From: Eubacteriales bacterium
GTDB taxonomy: Bacteria; Bacillota; Clostridia; Oscillospirales; CAG-272
Assembly (NCBI GenBank): GCA_045654845.1
Contig: JAZOOB010000046.1
Coordinates: forward strand, 1-57,578
Reading direction: 5' to 3'
DNA length: 57,578 nt
Below the pieces are notes generated by a model. That model saw nothing but the letters and a program-made list of their open reading frames with translations. It ran no database searches and was not told where the DNA came from. Position numbers and translations under genes: made by a program. The first letter of the stretch is position 1, and every line of letters starts with the position of its first letter. Positions 30,367 to 40,100 of the stretch are shown here, piece by piece.

Positions 30367-33129
30367 TTAATAAGTTTGTCCTATTCGGTTATAGTCAAGC
30401 GCCTTAAGGGGCTCTGTGAACCAATCACCCATTTTTTCTTCAAGATATGCCCAGCCGTCCTCGCTTACCGTATAATCGAAGTAGTAAACGTCGGGCATTA
30501 TACTCTCTAATTCTTTTGTCGTATAGTTATTTCCTATGTACGACGTGCCGTCAAGGTAGCCCAAATTGTCGGTGGTGTTATTACGGATAACGTCACCGAA
30601 ATCGTCCGACGCACCGAGAATAAGGTTGTTTGCTATGACGGTCATAGCTCCCTGTCGCCACATTCTTTCTACGGCAGAAATCTCGTCGTAGGAAAGAGTT
30701 ATTCCCTCTCCGTTTTCGGCTATCGCTATTCTGTCGGGCATCATCTGCTCGGCATTATTTTCGTCATAATACTTAAAGGTGGGAACGTAAATCTTCACCC
30801 CGTTTTCCGCCTTATAGGTGAAGGTCTTGTCGGTCAACTTTCTTACGTCATAGGTGGGATTATAGTCACCGAGATTGTACGCCGACAAAATCATCTTTAT
30901 CGTATCGAGATAATCTATATGGTCGGGATAAAGCTTCTTCATTTCCTCCTTATCGTACGCGGTGGTGAGCAATTCTATTTCCTTACGTCCGCGCTCGTCA
31001 CCGACGACGAGCCAAGAAGCCGCATGGCTATTTCTTTCGTCACCGTTTCCGTAGTAGTAATAGAACAAATCGGACTCCAAGATATAGTCGGTAAGACCGT
31101 TATACGAGCCTCCCGCCGCCCTGTATTCCTCTTCACTACGGCAGATTATTATATTTTCGTAGCACACGTTTCCGTGTCCTGACGAGGTATACCAAGGCTG
31201 AAGGTGATTTCCAAGCTTCGCCTCGCGCATATTTATGATATTTCCGTAGGAATAGTTTCCGCCTGCCTTACCGTCATTATAGATAGCTCGCTGGCTCGCG
31301 TTAAAGAGGTGGAAAAGGTTATATCTTATATGAAAGCCGAGGTTTCCGTAGCTTACGGTATATATCATACCACCGTCGGAGACGTCCTTGCTACCGCCTC
31401 TGAACTCGTTATACTCTGCTATATGCTCAAAGCCATTCAAGAAAAGACAGGTATCGTCGAAGTTGTTATGTGAAATGACGGTACGACAACCGCCTCTCGC
31501 TATCGCGCCATACTGATTCATAGCGGTAGGATTGTGGAAATAGCAATTCTGCACGAAGAAATTGCTCGGCTTCAATACTTTGTCTCTGTATACTACCTCA
31601 AGCATATGCTTATGACAGCGTGAAAAGTCGGAATAGATTATAGCAGACTCGCGGCACTCAAGCATATAAGCGCCGTACCCTCTGGTATTTTTGATAACGA
31701 GATTCTGCAAAACGATATTTTCGCACTTTTCTGCAAGAATTCCCGTAGAGCCAGAGCCGTTTACCGTAATATTGTCCAAGACGACAAATTCTGCACCGTC
31801 AAGGTAGATAGCACCGTCGCTCGCCTTTCCTATATAGGTAATAAGGTCGGTCGTCATATCGTCGGATTTCGGATACAAATAAAGATTTCCCGTCGCCTTA
31901 TCTATAAACCATTCGCCAGCCGTGTCAAGAGCCTCTATCGCGTTATAGAGATAATATGAATTTCTGCCTGCCGCGGAATTCGTAGACGCGTTTGCACCGT
32001 AGGACGCTGCCTCTGCGGACTTCAAGGAATAGAAGCCGTCATCCTTGAGAGTGCCGAGCAGATTTCCGTCGTGCGTACATTTTTCGTCTATACGGTAATT
32101 ACCGAATGCCCAACCCGAATATATACAGCCCGAAAAATAAATTTCGCCCGTATTCACCCAAGAGAGAACCTCGTCTCTCATCCAGTTGTCACCGCGGTCT
32201 GCCTCGGGATTTTTTTCGTCTACTATCTGAATCTCCCAGCCGACGACAGAGTCCTTTGTAAGACCCGAGCCCTCTGCATTCACGCGCTCCTGCCATTCAA
32301 GATAGGCTTCAGAATCGGGGTGAGTAACGCTTCCCGTATCGTAAACGTGATTTATGTAAAGAAGGTCTTTACTGTCAATATCGGTGCCGTCCTCGTAATA
32401 CGCGTTTGGAAAACGGGCGAGGTCGTACATATCGCCGCTTACAAGAATAGTTCCGTGTCCGCTTTTCGTAACGTCGAGGATATCGTCCTTTGTAAATCCA
32501 AGCTCATAAAGGTTGGTATAAAGCACCTTGTCCTTTACAGAGTCCTTTAATCTTTTGGCGACAGGATCATTTTCATCAACGTTTTTAAATGATGAAGCGT
32601 CGATATTCTTTCCACCTGTTACCGTGACCTCTTCTTCCCCGTAGCCTATTATGAAAAGAGGCGATTTTTCGCTTCCGCTATGAGAGGAAGTTATAACTAT
32701 CGGGTCAGCCGCAGAATAAACGCCACCTTCGACGAATATAACACCGCCACCCTTACCGCTCATTTTATCGAGCGCCGCCTGTATGGTCTTAAGGGGGGCT
32801 TTTTGTGTGCCCGAATTGTTATCGTCACCGTTTTTGTCGGAAACGTAGATCTCGTTTTTCTTCGACTTCGGATAATCGTCGAGACTTATTTTTTCGAGTA
32901 CCGTAACCTCGGTGGGAAGCTCGCTTCTCGCAATCATAAATCTGTCCATAACCGAATCGACGTTTTTCACCTCATAATCGTATCTGCCCGTCATATCGGG
33001 AAGCGATTTTGGAAGATTTGTGGGTACAAGCGTGGAATAATTCATATCATCACCCTCTTTTTTACAGGAATTCAAAGGAATTATCATTAAAAACACGAGT
33101 AAAAGAATTAAAATTCTGTTTTTTCTCAT
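30367..33129 (-). CDS. large secreted lipoprotein with right-handed parallel beta-helix (paralog 1, short form, 920-aa ORF)
   Basis: Signal peptide MRKNRILILLLVFLMIIPLNSC with a lipobox-like Cys. It has the DUF1565-like entry motif GTQKAPLKTIQAALDKMSGKGGGVIFVEGGVYSAADPI. Repetitive beta-helix turns follow (NCYFHNP...ISHNNFDD...AEYNEFRGGSKDVSDGGMIYT...IRYNLFH). Confidence 0.8.
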   Translation of the reverse strand: MRKNRILILLLVFLMIIPLNSCKKEGDDMNYSTLVPTNLPKSLPDMTGRYDYEVKNVDSVMDRFMIARSELPTEVTVLEKISLDDYPKSKKNEIYVSDKNGDDNNSGTQKAPLKTIQAALDKMSGKGGGVIFVEGGVYSAADPIVITSSHSGSEKSPLFIIGYGEEEVTVTGGKNIDASSFKNVDENDPVAKRLKDSVKDKVLYTNLYELGFTKDDILDVTKSGHGTILVSGDMYDLARFPNAYYEDGTDIDSKDLLYINHVYDTGSVTHPDSEAYLEWQERVNAEGSGLTKDSVVGWEIQIVDEKNPEADRGDNWMRDEVLSWVNTGEIYFSGCIYSGWAFGNYRIDEKCTHDGNLLGTLKDDGFYSLKSAEAASYGANASTNSAAGRNSYYLYNAIEALDTAGEWFIDKATGNLYLYPKSDDMTTDLITYIGKASDGAIYLDGAEFVVLDNITVNGSGSTGILAEKCENIVLQNLVIKNTRGYGAYMLECRESAIIYSDFSRCHKHMLEVVYRDKVLKPSNFFVQNCYFHNPTAMNQYGAIARGGCRTVISHNNFDDTCLFLNGFEHIAEYNEFRGGSKDVSDGGMIYTVSYGNLGFHIRYNLFHLFNASQRAIYNDGKAGGNYSYGNIINMREAKLGNHLQPWYTSSGHGNVCYENIIICRSEEEYRAAGGSYNGLTDYILESDLFYYYYGNGDERNSHAASWLVVGDERGRKEIELLTTAYDKEEMKKLYPDHIDYLDTIKMILSAYNLGDYNPTYDVRKLTDKTFTYKAENGVKIYVPTFKYYDENNAEQMMPDRIAIAENGEGITLSYDEISAVERMWRQGAMTVIANNLILGASDDFGDVIRNNTTDNLGYLDGTSYIGNNYTTKELESIMPDVYYFDYTVSEDGWAYLEEKMGDWFTEPLKALDYNRIGQTY

Positions 33130-33244
33130 AATCTTCTCCTTGGAATTAAATTCATCTACAATAGCATTATACCTTAAATTTATATAAATGTAAATGCAAA
33201 ATCCCTACAATTTACAAAAATGATTTTTGTGCAATTCATATATT

Positions 33245-33276
33245 ATAAAAAATGCGCCCTCATACGAGGGCGCATT
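33245..33276 (-). terminator. intrinsic terminator after beta-helix paralog 2
   Basis: Minus-strand ATGCGCCCTC-GTAT-GAGGGCGCAT followed by TTTTTT. Confidence 0.72.
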
Positions 33277-33303
33277 TGCGCGATTTTTATTTATGCGATT
33301 CGA

Positions 33304-36300
33304 TTATTCAAGACAACCCATTCTGGTATAATCGATATCCTGCAAAGGAAGCGTGAACCAAAGTCCCATTTCGGACTCAAGGTACTCCCAGCCCTCTTCA
33401 CTTATAGTGTAATCGTAATTGTGAAGATTCGGCATAATATTCTCCGTGCTCTCTTGAGTATAGTTATTATCTATATAAGACGAGCCGTCGTAATATCCGT
33501 CGTTATCCGCAGTATTGTTACGAATTACCATAGATATATCATCCGAGCCACCGATAATAAGATTGTTCGCTATAACTGTCATAGCGCCCTGACGCCACAA
33601 GCGTTCTACCGCAGAGATCTCGTCGAAGGTAAGCGTCCAACCATTACCGTTTCTCGCTTCGATTACCTTTTCGGGCATGGTCTTGACCTTTCCGGCATTA
33701 TCAAGATACTTGTAAGGCGGAACGTAGATCTTAAGACCGTCGTCCACTATGTAGGTAAACTTTTTGGTAGTAAGCTGACGAATATCGTAGGTGGGGTTAT
33801 ATTCCTTCGTATCGTATGCGGCAAGAATGAACTCTATCGTGTAGAGATAGTTCATATGGTCGGGATAACGAGTCTTCATAAAGTCCTCGTCGTGATGCGT
33901 TCTATACGCATCTATCTCTACCTGACCACGGTTTTCTCCTGTATGAAGCCAAGCCGCAGCCTGACTGTTCTTTCCGTTGTTCGGGCCGTAGTAATAGAAG
34001 AAGAGGTCGGACTCAAGTATACAGTCGGTGATACCGTTATAGGTTTTGGGATCTCTGCCCGCTGTCAGTGCATACTCTTCTCTGTCACGAAGGATCATAA
34101 TGTTTTCATAACATACGTTACCGTGTCCTGACGAGGAATACCAAGGCTGAAGACCGGAACCGAGAAGCGCGCCTTTCGTGTTTATGATATTTCCGTAGGC
34201 GTAGTTTCCGTTCGACTTACCATCGTTATAAATAGCTCTCTGGCTTGCGTTAAACATATGGAAAAGGTTGTAACGAACGTGAGTACCTCCCTTACCAGAG
34301 CTTGTGGTATATATCATACCACCATCGGTCACGTCTCGGCTACCGCCTCTGAATTCGTTATACTCTATTACGTGCTCGAAGCCCGAAATAGACATACAAA
34401 CGTTATCAAACTCGTTATGAGAAACCACGGTGCGATATCCGTCACGCAAGGTCAGACCGTGCTGCGACTGAGGTACGGGATCGTGAAAATAGTTGTTCTG
34501 GAAAAATACGTTCGACGGCTTCATCTGCCTATCATAGTAATAATAAGCATTCTGCGCCATCGTTCCGTTTATCTGTGAGAAATCACAGTAAAGGACAGCA
34601 GAATCGTAGGTAGCGACAAAGAGGAGTCCCTCGCCCTTGGTATTGGATATCTCTGCGTTCTGAACTATAATGTTCGTAGAATCTGCTACGCGATATCCTC
34701 TCGTGCCGGAGCCCGCTATATCAAGACCGTCTATGACTACGTACTCTGCTCTTTCGACCATAATAGCCGCAGAGCCTGTGGATTTTCCAAGATATTTCAC
34801 CGTCTGCGAAGCAAAATTCTCAGAGGTGGGATATATGTAAAGATTTCCCGACATTCTGTCGATGAACCATTCGCCGGGGGCATCAAGCGCCTCGATTGCA
34901 TTCGAGAGATAATAAGTATTTCTCTTTGCGGCGGAGTTTGTTGACACACCTGCGCCGTACTTTGAGGGCTGTTTGGTCTTGAGCGAGTAGAATCCGTCCG
35001 ACTTGAGAATGCCGAGCTTGTTGCCGTCGTGCACACAATAGTTGTCAATAGTATAGCTACCGTAATCCCAGCCTGCATATACCGAGCCTGTAAGAAGGAT
35101 CTCACCGGTATTTACCCAGCTTATGATCTCATCGCGCATATAGTTGTCACCTGCATCGACCTGAGGATTTTTCTCGTCTACTATCTGTATCTCAAAGCCG
35201 AGCTGCGAGGACATAGTGAGTCCCGAATTGGGCTTTTCTACTCTTTCCTTCCAAGCATAGTAATTGCTCGAGCCTTCACTCGAAACGCTACCGATATCAT
35301 ATACATGCTTTATGTAGAGAAGGTCGATGCTATCAAGCACTGTGCCGTCGTCATTGTAAGCATTCGGAAAACGAGCGAGAGTATAAAGCTCGTCGTTTAC
35401 CGTGAGAAGACCGCTCGACGAGGGGGTGACGGGCATTATAAAGTCGGAACGCCAGCCGAGATCGTAAAGATTTACACAAACGACGCGGTCGACAACGTCC
35501 TTCTTCAAGCGAGAGGCGACCTCATCGTTTTCGGGATCTACGGGAACAAATTTGTCTCCCGAGATCTCCTTTCCGCCCGTAACGGTCACAGGCTCATCGC
35601 CGTAGCCGATAATAAATAGGGGGGAAACCATCGTTCCACTGTGAGCGGTATTGATAATAATAGGATCCGCGGCAGAATAGCTACCACCCTCAACCCAGAT
35701 GATACCGCCTTTTGTCCCGTTCACCTTGGAAAGAGCCCTCTGAATAGTCTTCAAAGGTGCTTTCTGTGAGCCGTCGTTATTATCATTTCCTCTCTTTGCG
35801 GATACGTAGATCTGAATTTTATCTGCAGAAGCAGGGTACATATCGGGAGTGATTCTATCGAGCACGGTAACCTCGTCGGGAAGCTCCTCTCTTGTGATAA
35901 AGAATCTATCAAGGACCGAATCCACACTCTTTACGTCGTAGTCGTACATATCGGTCAGGTCCTGATAACCACTGGAAAGATTCGATGACACGAGGGTAGG
36001 TGCTGAAAAGGGTTCTCCGTAAACAGCCTCAAAGCTGATATCGTAGCGCTTTCCCTTCGGAATTTTTGAAAAGGTCTTGTCGATCAGCTCTCTTATAGCA
36101 GACGCGACAGAATAATCACCGTTTCCATAGATGGCGAGCTTGCCGTCACCGACGGTCAATGAGTAGGTTCCTGCGTCGGGCTTATCTGCCGTAGCCTCTC
36201 TTTTCGTATCTCCTATAAGGATCTCATTTTCAGTCTCATCTTCAAGATAGCTCACGATCGGCACAGCGACACCGCAGGTGTCGGAAATGACGCTCTGAAG

Positions 36301-36885
36301 CTCACTTACCATAAGCTTATCCGAGTTGTTCAGTCCGTCTCCGTTTACGATAACGAAATTGGAAATATCCACGCCATCTATAGCAAGACTATCGACCTTG
36401 TAATTGTATCTGTAGGTATACCCCATTTCCGGGTAATAGACTCCGTCGTCACATATAAGATGCTCGGTAAAATGCATAACCGCCTCAGAGGTCGCCTTAT
36501 CCGAGCCGCCTATAATGAGAAGACGATTATTTACCATTCCTATAAAATAATCGTTCGATTTAAGAGTCGCGTAAATTTCCTTACTTTCCTTACGATTTGT
36601 GTTGCCGACAAGTATCTCAAAGGCGCTGTCGTCAATCTCCTCGTCTGGCAAAAGAAAATCGGAGGTCGGACGGAGCATCATTCCGTAATTATCTCTGAAC
36701 TTGAGTGTCAGATTAACAAAATTGTCGGTTACGCTCTCTCCGATATCACTTGCAAAAATCAAAGAATATTCTTCCCAGCCTTCAAGCAAAGCTCTTTTGT
36801 ATTTCGGTCTGCCACCGTCTTTGCAGGAAACCAGTGAAAATACAGTCGCAAGCAGAAGCAGGAGCAAAAGTCCTATTTTTTTCAT
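33304..36885 (-). CDS. large secreted lipoprotein with right-handed parallel beta-helix (paralog 2, long form, 1193 aa)
   Basis: I prefer the ATG at 36885 (GGGAGA RBS). Signal MKKIGLLLLLLLATVFSLVSC with an LVSC lipobox. An extra N-terminal module of about 300 aa precedes the region shared with paralogs 1 and 3. Confidence 0.82.
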   Translation of the reverse strand: MKKIGLLLLLLLATVFSLVSCKDGGRPKYKRALLEGWEEYSLIFASDIGESVTDNFVNLTLKFRDNYGMMLRPTSDFLLPDEEIDDSAFEILVGNTNRKESKEIYATLKSNDYFIGMVNNRLLIIGGSDKATSEAVMHFTEHLICDDGVYYPEMGYTYRYNYKVDSLAIDGVDISNFVIVNGDGLNNSDKLMVSELQSVISDTCGVAVPIVSYLEDETENEILIGDTKREATADKPDAGTYSLTVGDGKLAIYGNGDYSVASAIRELIDKTFSKIPKGKRYDISFEAVYGEPFSAPTLVSSNLSSGYQDLTDMYDYDVKSVDSVLDRFFITREELPDEVTVLDRITPDMYPASADKIQIYVSAKRGNDNNDGSQKAPLKTIQRALSKVNGTKGGIIWVEGGSYSAADPIIINTAHSGTMVSPLFIIGYGDEPVTVTGGKEISGDKFVPVDPENDEVASRLKKDVVDRVVCVNLYDLGWRSDFIMPVTPSSSGLLTVNDELYTLARFPNAYNDDGTVLDSIDLLYIKHVYDIGSVSSEGSSNYYAWKERVEKPNSGLTMSSQLGFEIQIVDEKNPQVDAGDNYMRDEIISWVNTGEILLTGSVYAGWDYGSYTIDNYCVHDGNKLGILKSDGFYSLKTKQPSKYGAGVSTNSAAKRNTYYLSNAIEALDAPGEWFIDRMSGNLYIYPTSENFASQTVKYLGKSTGSAAIMVERAEYVVIDGLDIAGSGTRGYRVADSTNIIVQNAEISNTKGEGLLFVATYDSAVLYCDFSQINGTMAQNAYYYYDRQMKPSNVFFQNNYFHDPVPQSQHGLTLRDGYRTVVSHNEFDNVCMSISGFEHVIEYNEFRGGSRDVTDGGMIYTTSSGKGGTHVRYNLFHMFNASQRAIYNDGKSNGNYAYGNIINTKGALLGSGLQPWYSSSGHGNVCYENIMILRDREEYALTAGRDPKTYNGITDCILESDLFFYYYGPNNGKNSQAAAWLHTGENRGQVEIDAYRTHHDEDFMKTRYPDHMNYLYTIEFILAAYDTKEYNPTYDIRQLTTKKFTYIVDDGLKIYVPPYKYLDNAGKVKTMPEKVIEARNGNGWTLTFDEISAVERLWRQGAMTVIANNLIIGGSDDISMVIRNNTADNDGYYDGSSYIDNNYTQESTENIMPNLHNYDYTISEEGWEYLESEMGLWFTLPLQDIDYTRMGCLE

Positions 36886-37044
36886 AAAATCTATCTCCCT
36901 TTTACTTTTATCCATAATATATTATACAATAAATTATAGAAACCGTAAAGTGTCAATATAAATAATTTTCAAAAGCGTAATTTGTATACCTTGTATATCA
37001 TTAAATATACTGCATTTCGCCATATCGTTTACACTCTGTAATAT

Positions 37045-37082
37045 AAAAAAGAAGGCAGAGAGCGTTTTTGCTCTCTGCCTTT
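37045..37082 (-). terminator. intrinsic terminator after beta-helix paralog 3
   Basis: Minus-strand AAGGCAGAGAGC-(6 nt loop)-GCTCTCTGCCTT followed by a T-run. Confidence 0.72.
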
Positions 37083-37118
37083 TAAGTGGATTTGCGTATT
37101 TTCAGTTGTTCTTTTCGA

Positions 37119-40100
37119 TTATTCGAGACAACCCATTCTGGTATAATCGATGTCCTGAAGAGGAAGTGTAAATCCAGGACCCATTACGGATTCGAGGTAC
37201 TCCCATCCTTCTTCACTTATCGTGTAATCATAGTTGTTGAGACCAGGCATGATGTCCTCGGTGCTCGCCTGAGTGTAGTTGTCTTCAATATAAGAAGATC
37301 CACCGTAGTAGCCTGCATTGTCCGCAGTGTTGTTACGAATTACTATCGACAAATCGTCATCTCCACCGATGATGAGGTTCTTCGCTATAACGGTCATAGC
37401 GCCCTGACGCCACAAGCGTTCTACAGCGGAAATCTCGTCGAAGGTCAAGGTCCAACCGCCACCGTTACGAGCCTCGATTATCTTTTCGGGCATAGTCTTT
37501 ACTTTGCCTGCATTGTCAAGATACTGATAGGGCGGAACGTAGATCTTAAGACCGTCCTCTACCATATAAGTGAACTTCTTAGTGGTGAGGTGACGAACGT
37601 CGTAAGTGGGGTTGTATTCCTTCGTATCGTATGCGGCGAGAATGAACTCAACCGTATAGAGATAGTTCATATGGTCGGGATAACGAGTCTTCATGAAGGT
37701 CTCGTCATGATTCTTTCTGTACGCGTCTATATCCTGCTGGCCGCGGCTTTCTCCGGTATGGAGCCAAGCTGCTGCCTGACTGTTTCTACCGTCGTTTGCA
37801 CCGTAGTAGTAGAAGAAGAGGTCAGACTCAAGGATACAGTCGGTGACACCGGTGAAGGTCTCGGGATCTCTGCCTGCAGTCAATGCATACTCTTCTTTAT
37901 CACGGATGATCATAATGTTTTCATAACATACGTTACCGTGTCCTGAAGAGGAATACCAAGGCTGAAGTCCTGAGCCGAGAAGCGCGCCTCTCGTATTTAC
38001 GATATTTCCGTAAGCGTAGTTACCGTTCGACTTACCGTCGTTATAAATAGCTCTCTGGCTTACGTTGAACATATGGAAGAGGTTATAACGAACGTGAGAG
38101 CCGCCCTTACCCGAGCTTGTGGTGTATATCATACCACCGTCGGTGACGTCCTTACTACCGCCTCTGAACTCATTATACTCGATAATGTGCTCAAAGCCTC
38201 CAAGCGACATACAAACGTTATCGAACTCGTTATGAGAAACGACTGTACGGTATCCGTCACGAAGAACGAGAGCATACTGGGACTGAGGAACGGGATCGTG
38301 GAAATAGTTGTTCTGAATGAATACGTTCGAGGGTCTCATCTGCTTATCATAGTAGTAATAAGCATTCTGGACCATCGTGCCGTTTATATTCGAGAAGTCG
38401 CAGTAGAGTATAGCAGAGTCATAGGTCGCTGTGAAAAGTGCGCCCTCGCCCTTGGTATTTGAGATTGCGGCATTCTGGATTACAACGTTAGAGGCATTTG
38501 CTACGTGGTAGCCTCTTGCGCTGGAGCCTGCTATGTTAAGACCGTCTATAACCACGTACTCAGCACCATCAACCTTGATAGCCGCAGAGCCTGTGGACTT
38601 ACCAAGATAGGTTACGGTCTGGCTTGCAAAATCATCAGAGGTAGGATAGAGGTAAAGGTTACCCGACATTCTGTCGATGAACCATTCGCCGGGAGCGTCA
38701 AGAGCCTCGATAGCGTTAGAGAGATAGTAGGTGTTTCTCTTTGCAGCAGAGTTGGTGGATACGCCTGCGCCGTACTGACAGGGCTGCTTACTCTTAAGGG
38801 AGTAGAAGCCGTCGGGCTTGAGAATACCGAGCTTATTGCCGTCGTGTACGCAATAGTTATCTATTGTGTAGCTACCGTGGTCCCAACCGGAATATACGGT
38901 ACCTGTAAGAAGGATCTCACCGGTATTTACCCAGTTGATGATCTCATCACGCATATAGTCGTCTCCGGGGTCAACCTGAGGGTTTCTTTCATCGACGATC
39001 TGGATTTCAAAGCCGACAACAGAGGACAAAGTGAGTCCCGAGCCGGGTCTCTCTACTCTTTCCTTCCACTTATAGTAGTTTCCTGAACCAACGTCGGTTA
39101 CACTACCGGTATCGTATACGTGCTTGATGTAAAGAAGGTCTATACTGTCAAGAATAGTTCCGTCCTCGTAATAAGCGTTCGGGAAACGAGCCAAGGTGTA
39201 GCCTTCACCGTCAACGGTAAGAAGACCGGAAGACGAAGGTGTTACGGGAATTATATATTCGGGCTGCCAGCCGAGGTCATAAAGGTTTATAGTAACTACC
39301 TTATCAAGAACCTCTTCCTTCAAACGAGCTGCAACAGAATCGTACTCGGGATCTACGGGAACAAAATCAGCGCCCGAAATTTCCTTACCGCCCGAAACGG
39401 TTACAGGCTCTTCGCCGTAGCCTATAATGAACAAGGGGGATACCATAGTTCCGCTATGAGCAGAATTTATGGTTATGGGGTCTGCCGCAGAATAGTTTCC
39501 GCCTTCTACCCAGATGATACCGCCCTTAGTGCCGTTCACCTTGCTAAGTGCCTTGTGAATGGTCTTAAGAGGAGCCTTCTGAGAGCCGTCGTTTTCGTCG
39601 TCACCGTTATTTGCGGATACGTAAATCTGAACCTTTTCCTTAGAGGTGGGGTACTGATCGGGTGTAACTCTTTCAAGAACCGTAACCTCGGTAGGAAGCT
39701 CGTCTCTTGTGATAAAGAATCTGTCGAGAACCGAGTCGACGCTCTTTACGTCGTAGTCGTACATATCAGTAAGGTCCTGATAGCCGTTAGGCAAGTTAGA
39801 GGAAACGAGAGAAGGAATTGCAAAGGGCTCGCCAAAGATAGCCTCGAGCTGAATATTGTAGCTCTTGCCCTTCGGAATTACAGAAAGTACTTCCTCGATA
39901 AGCTTCTTGATTGTGTAAGCAGAAGAATATTCGCCGTTACCGTACATAACGAGCTTGCCGCCCTCGGTAGCCATAGCGTATGTATCCTTTTCAAGCTCAA
40001 CCGAAGTAGCTTCTCTTCCCGTATCACCTATAAGGATCTCGTGCTCGATTTCCTCGGTAGAGGGAATTACTATCGGTATGTTGACACCACAAACGTTAGA

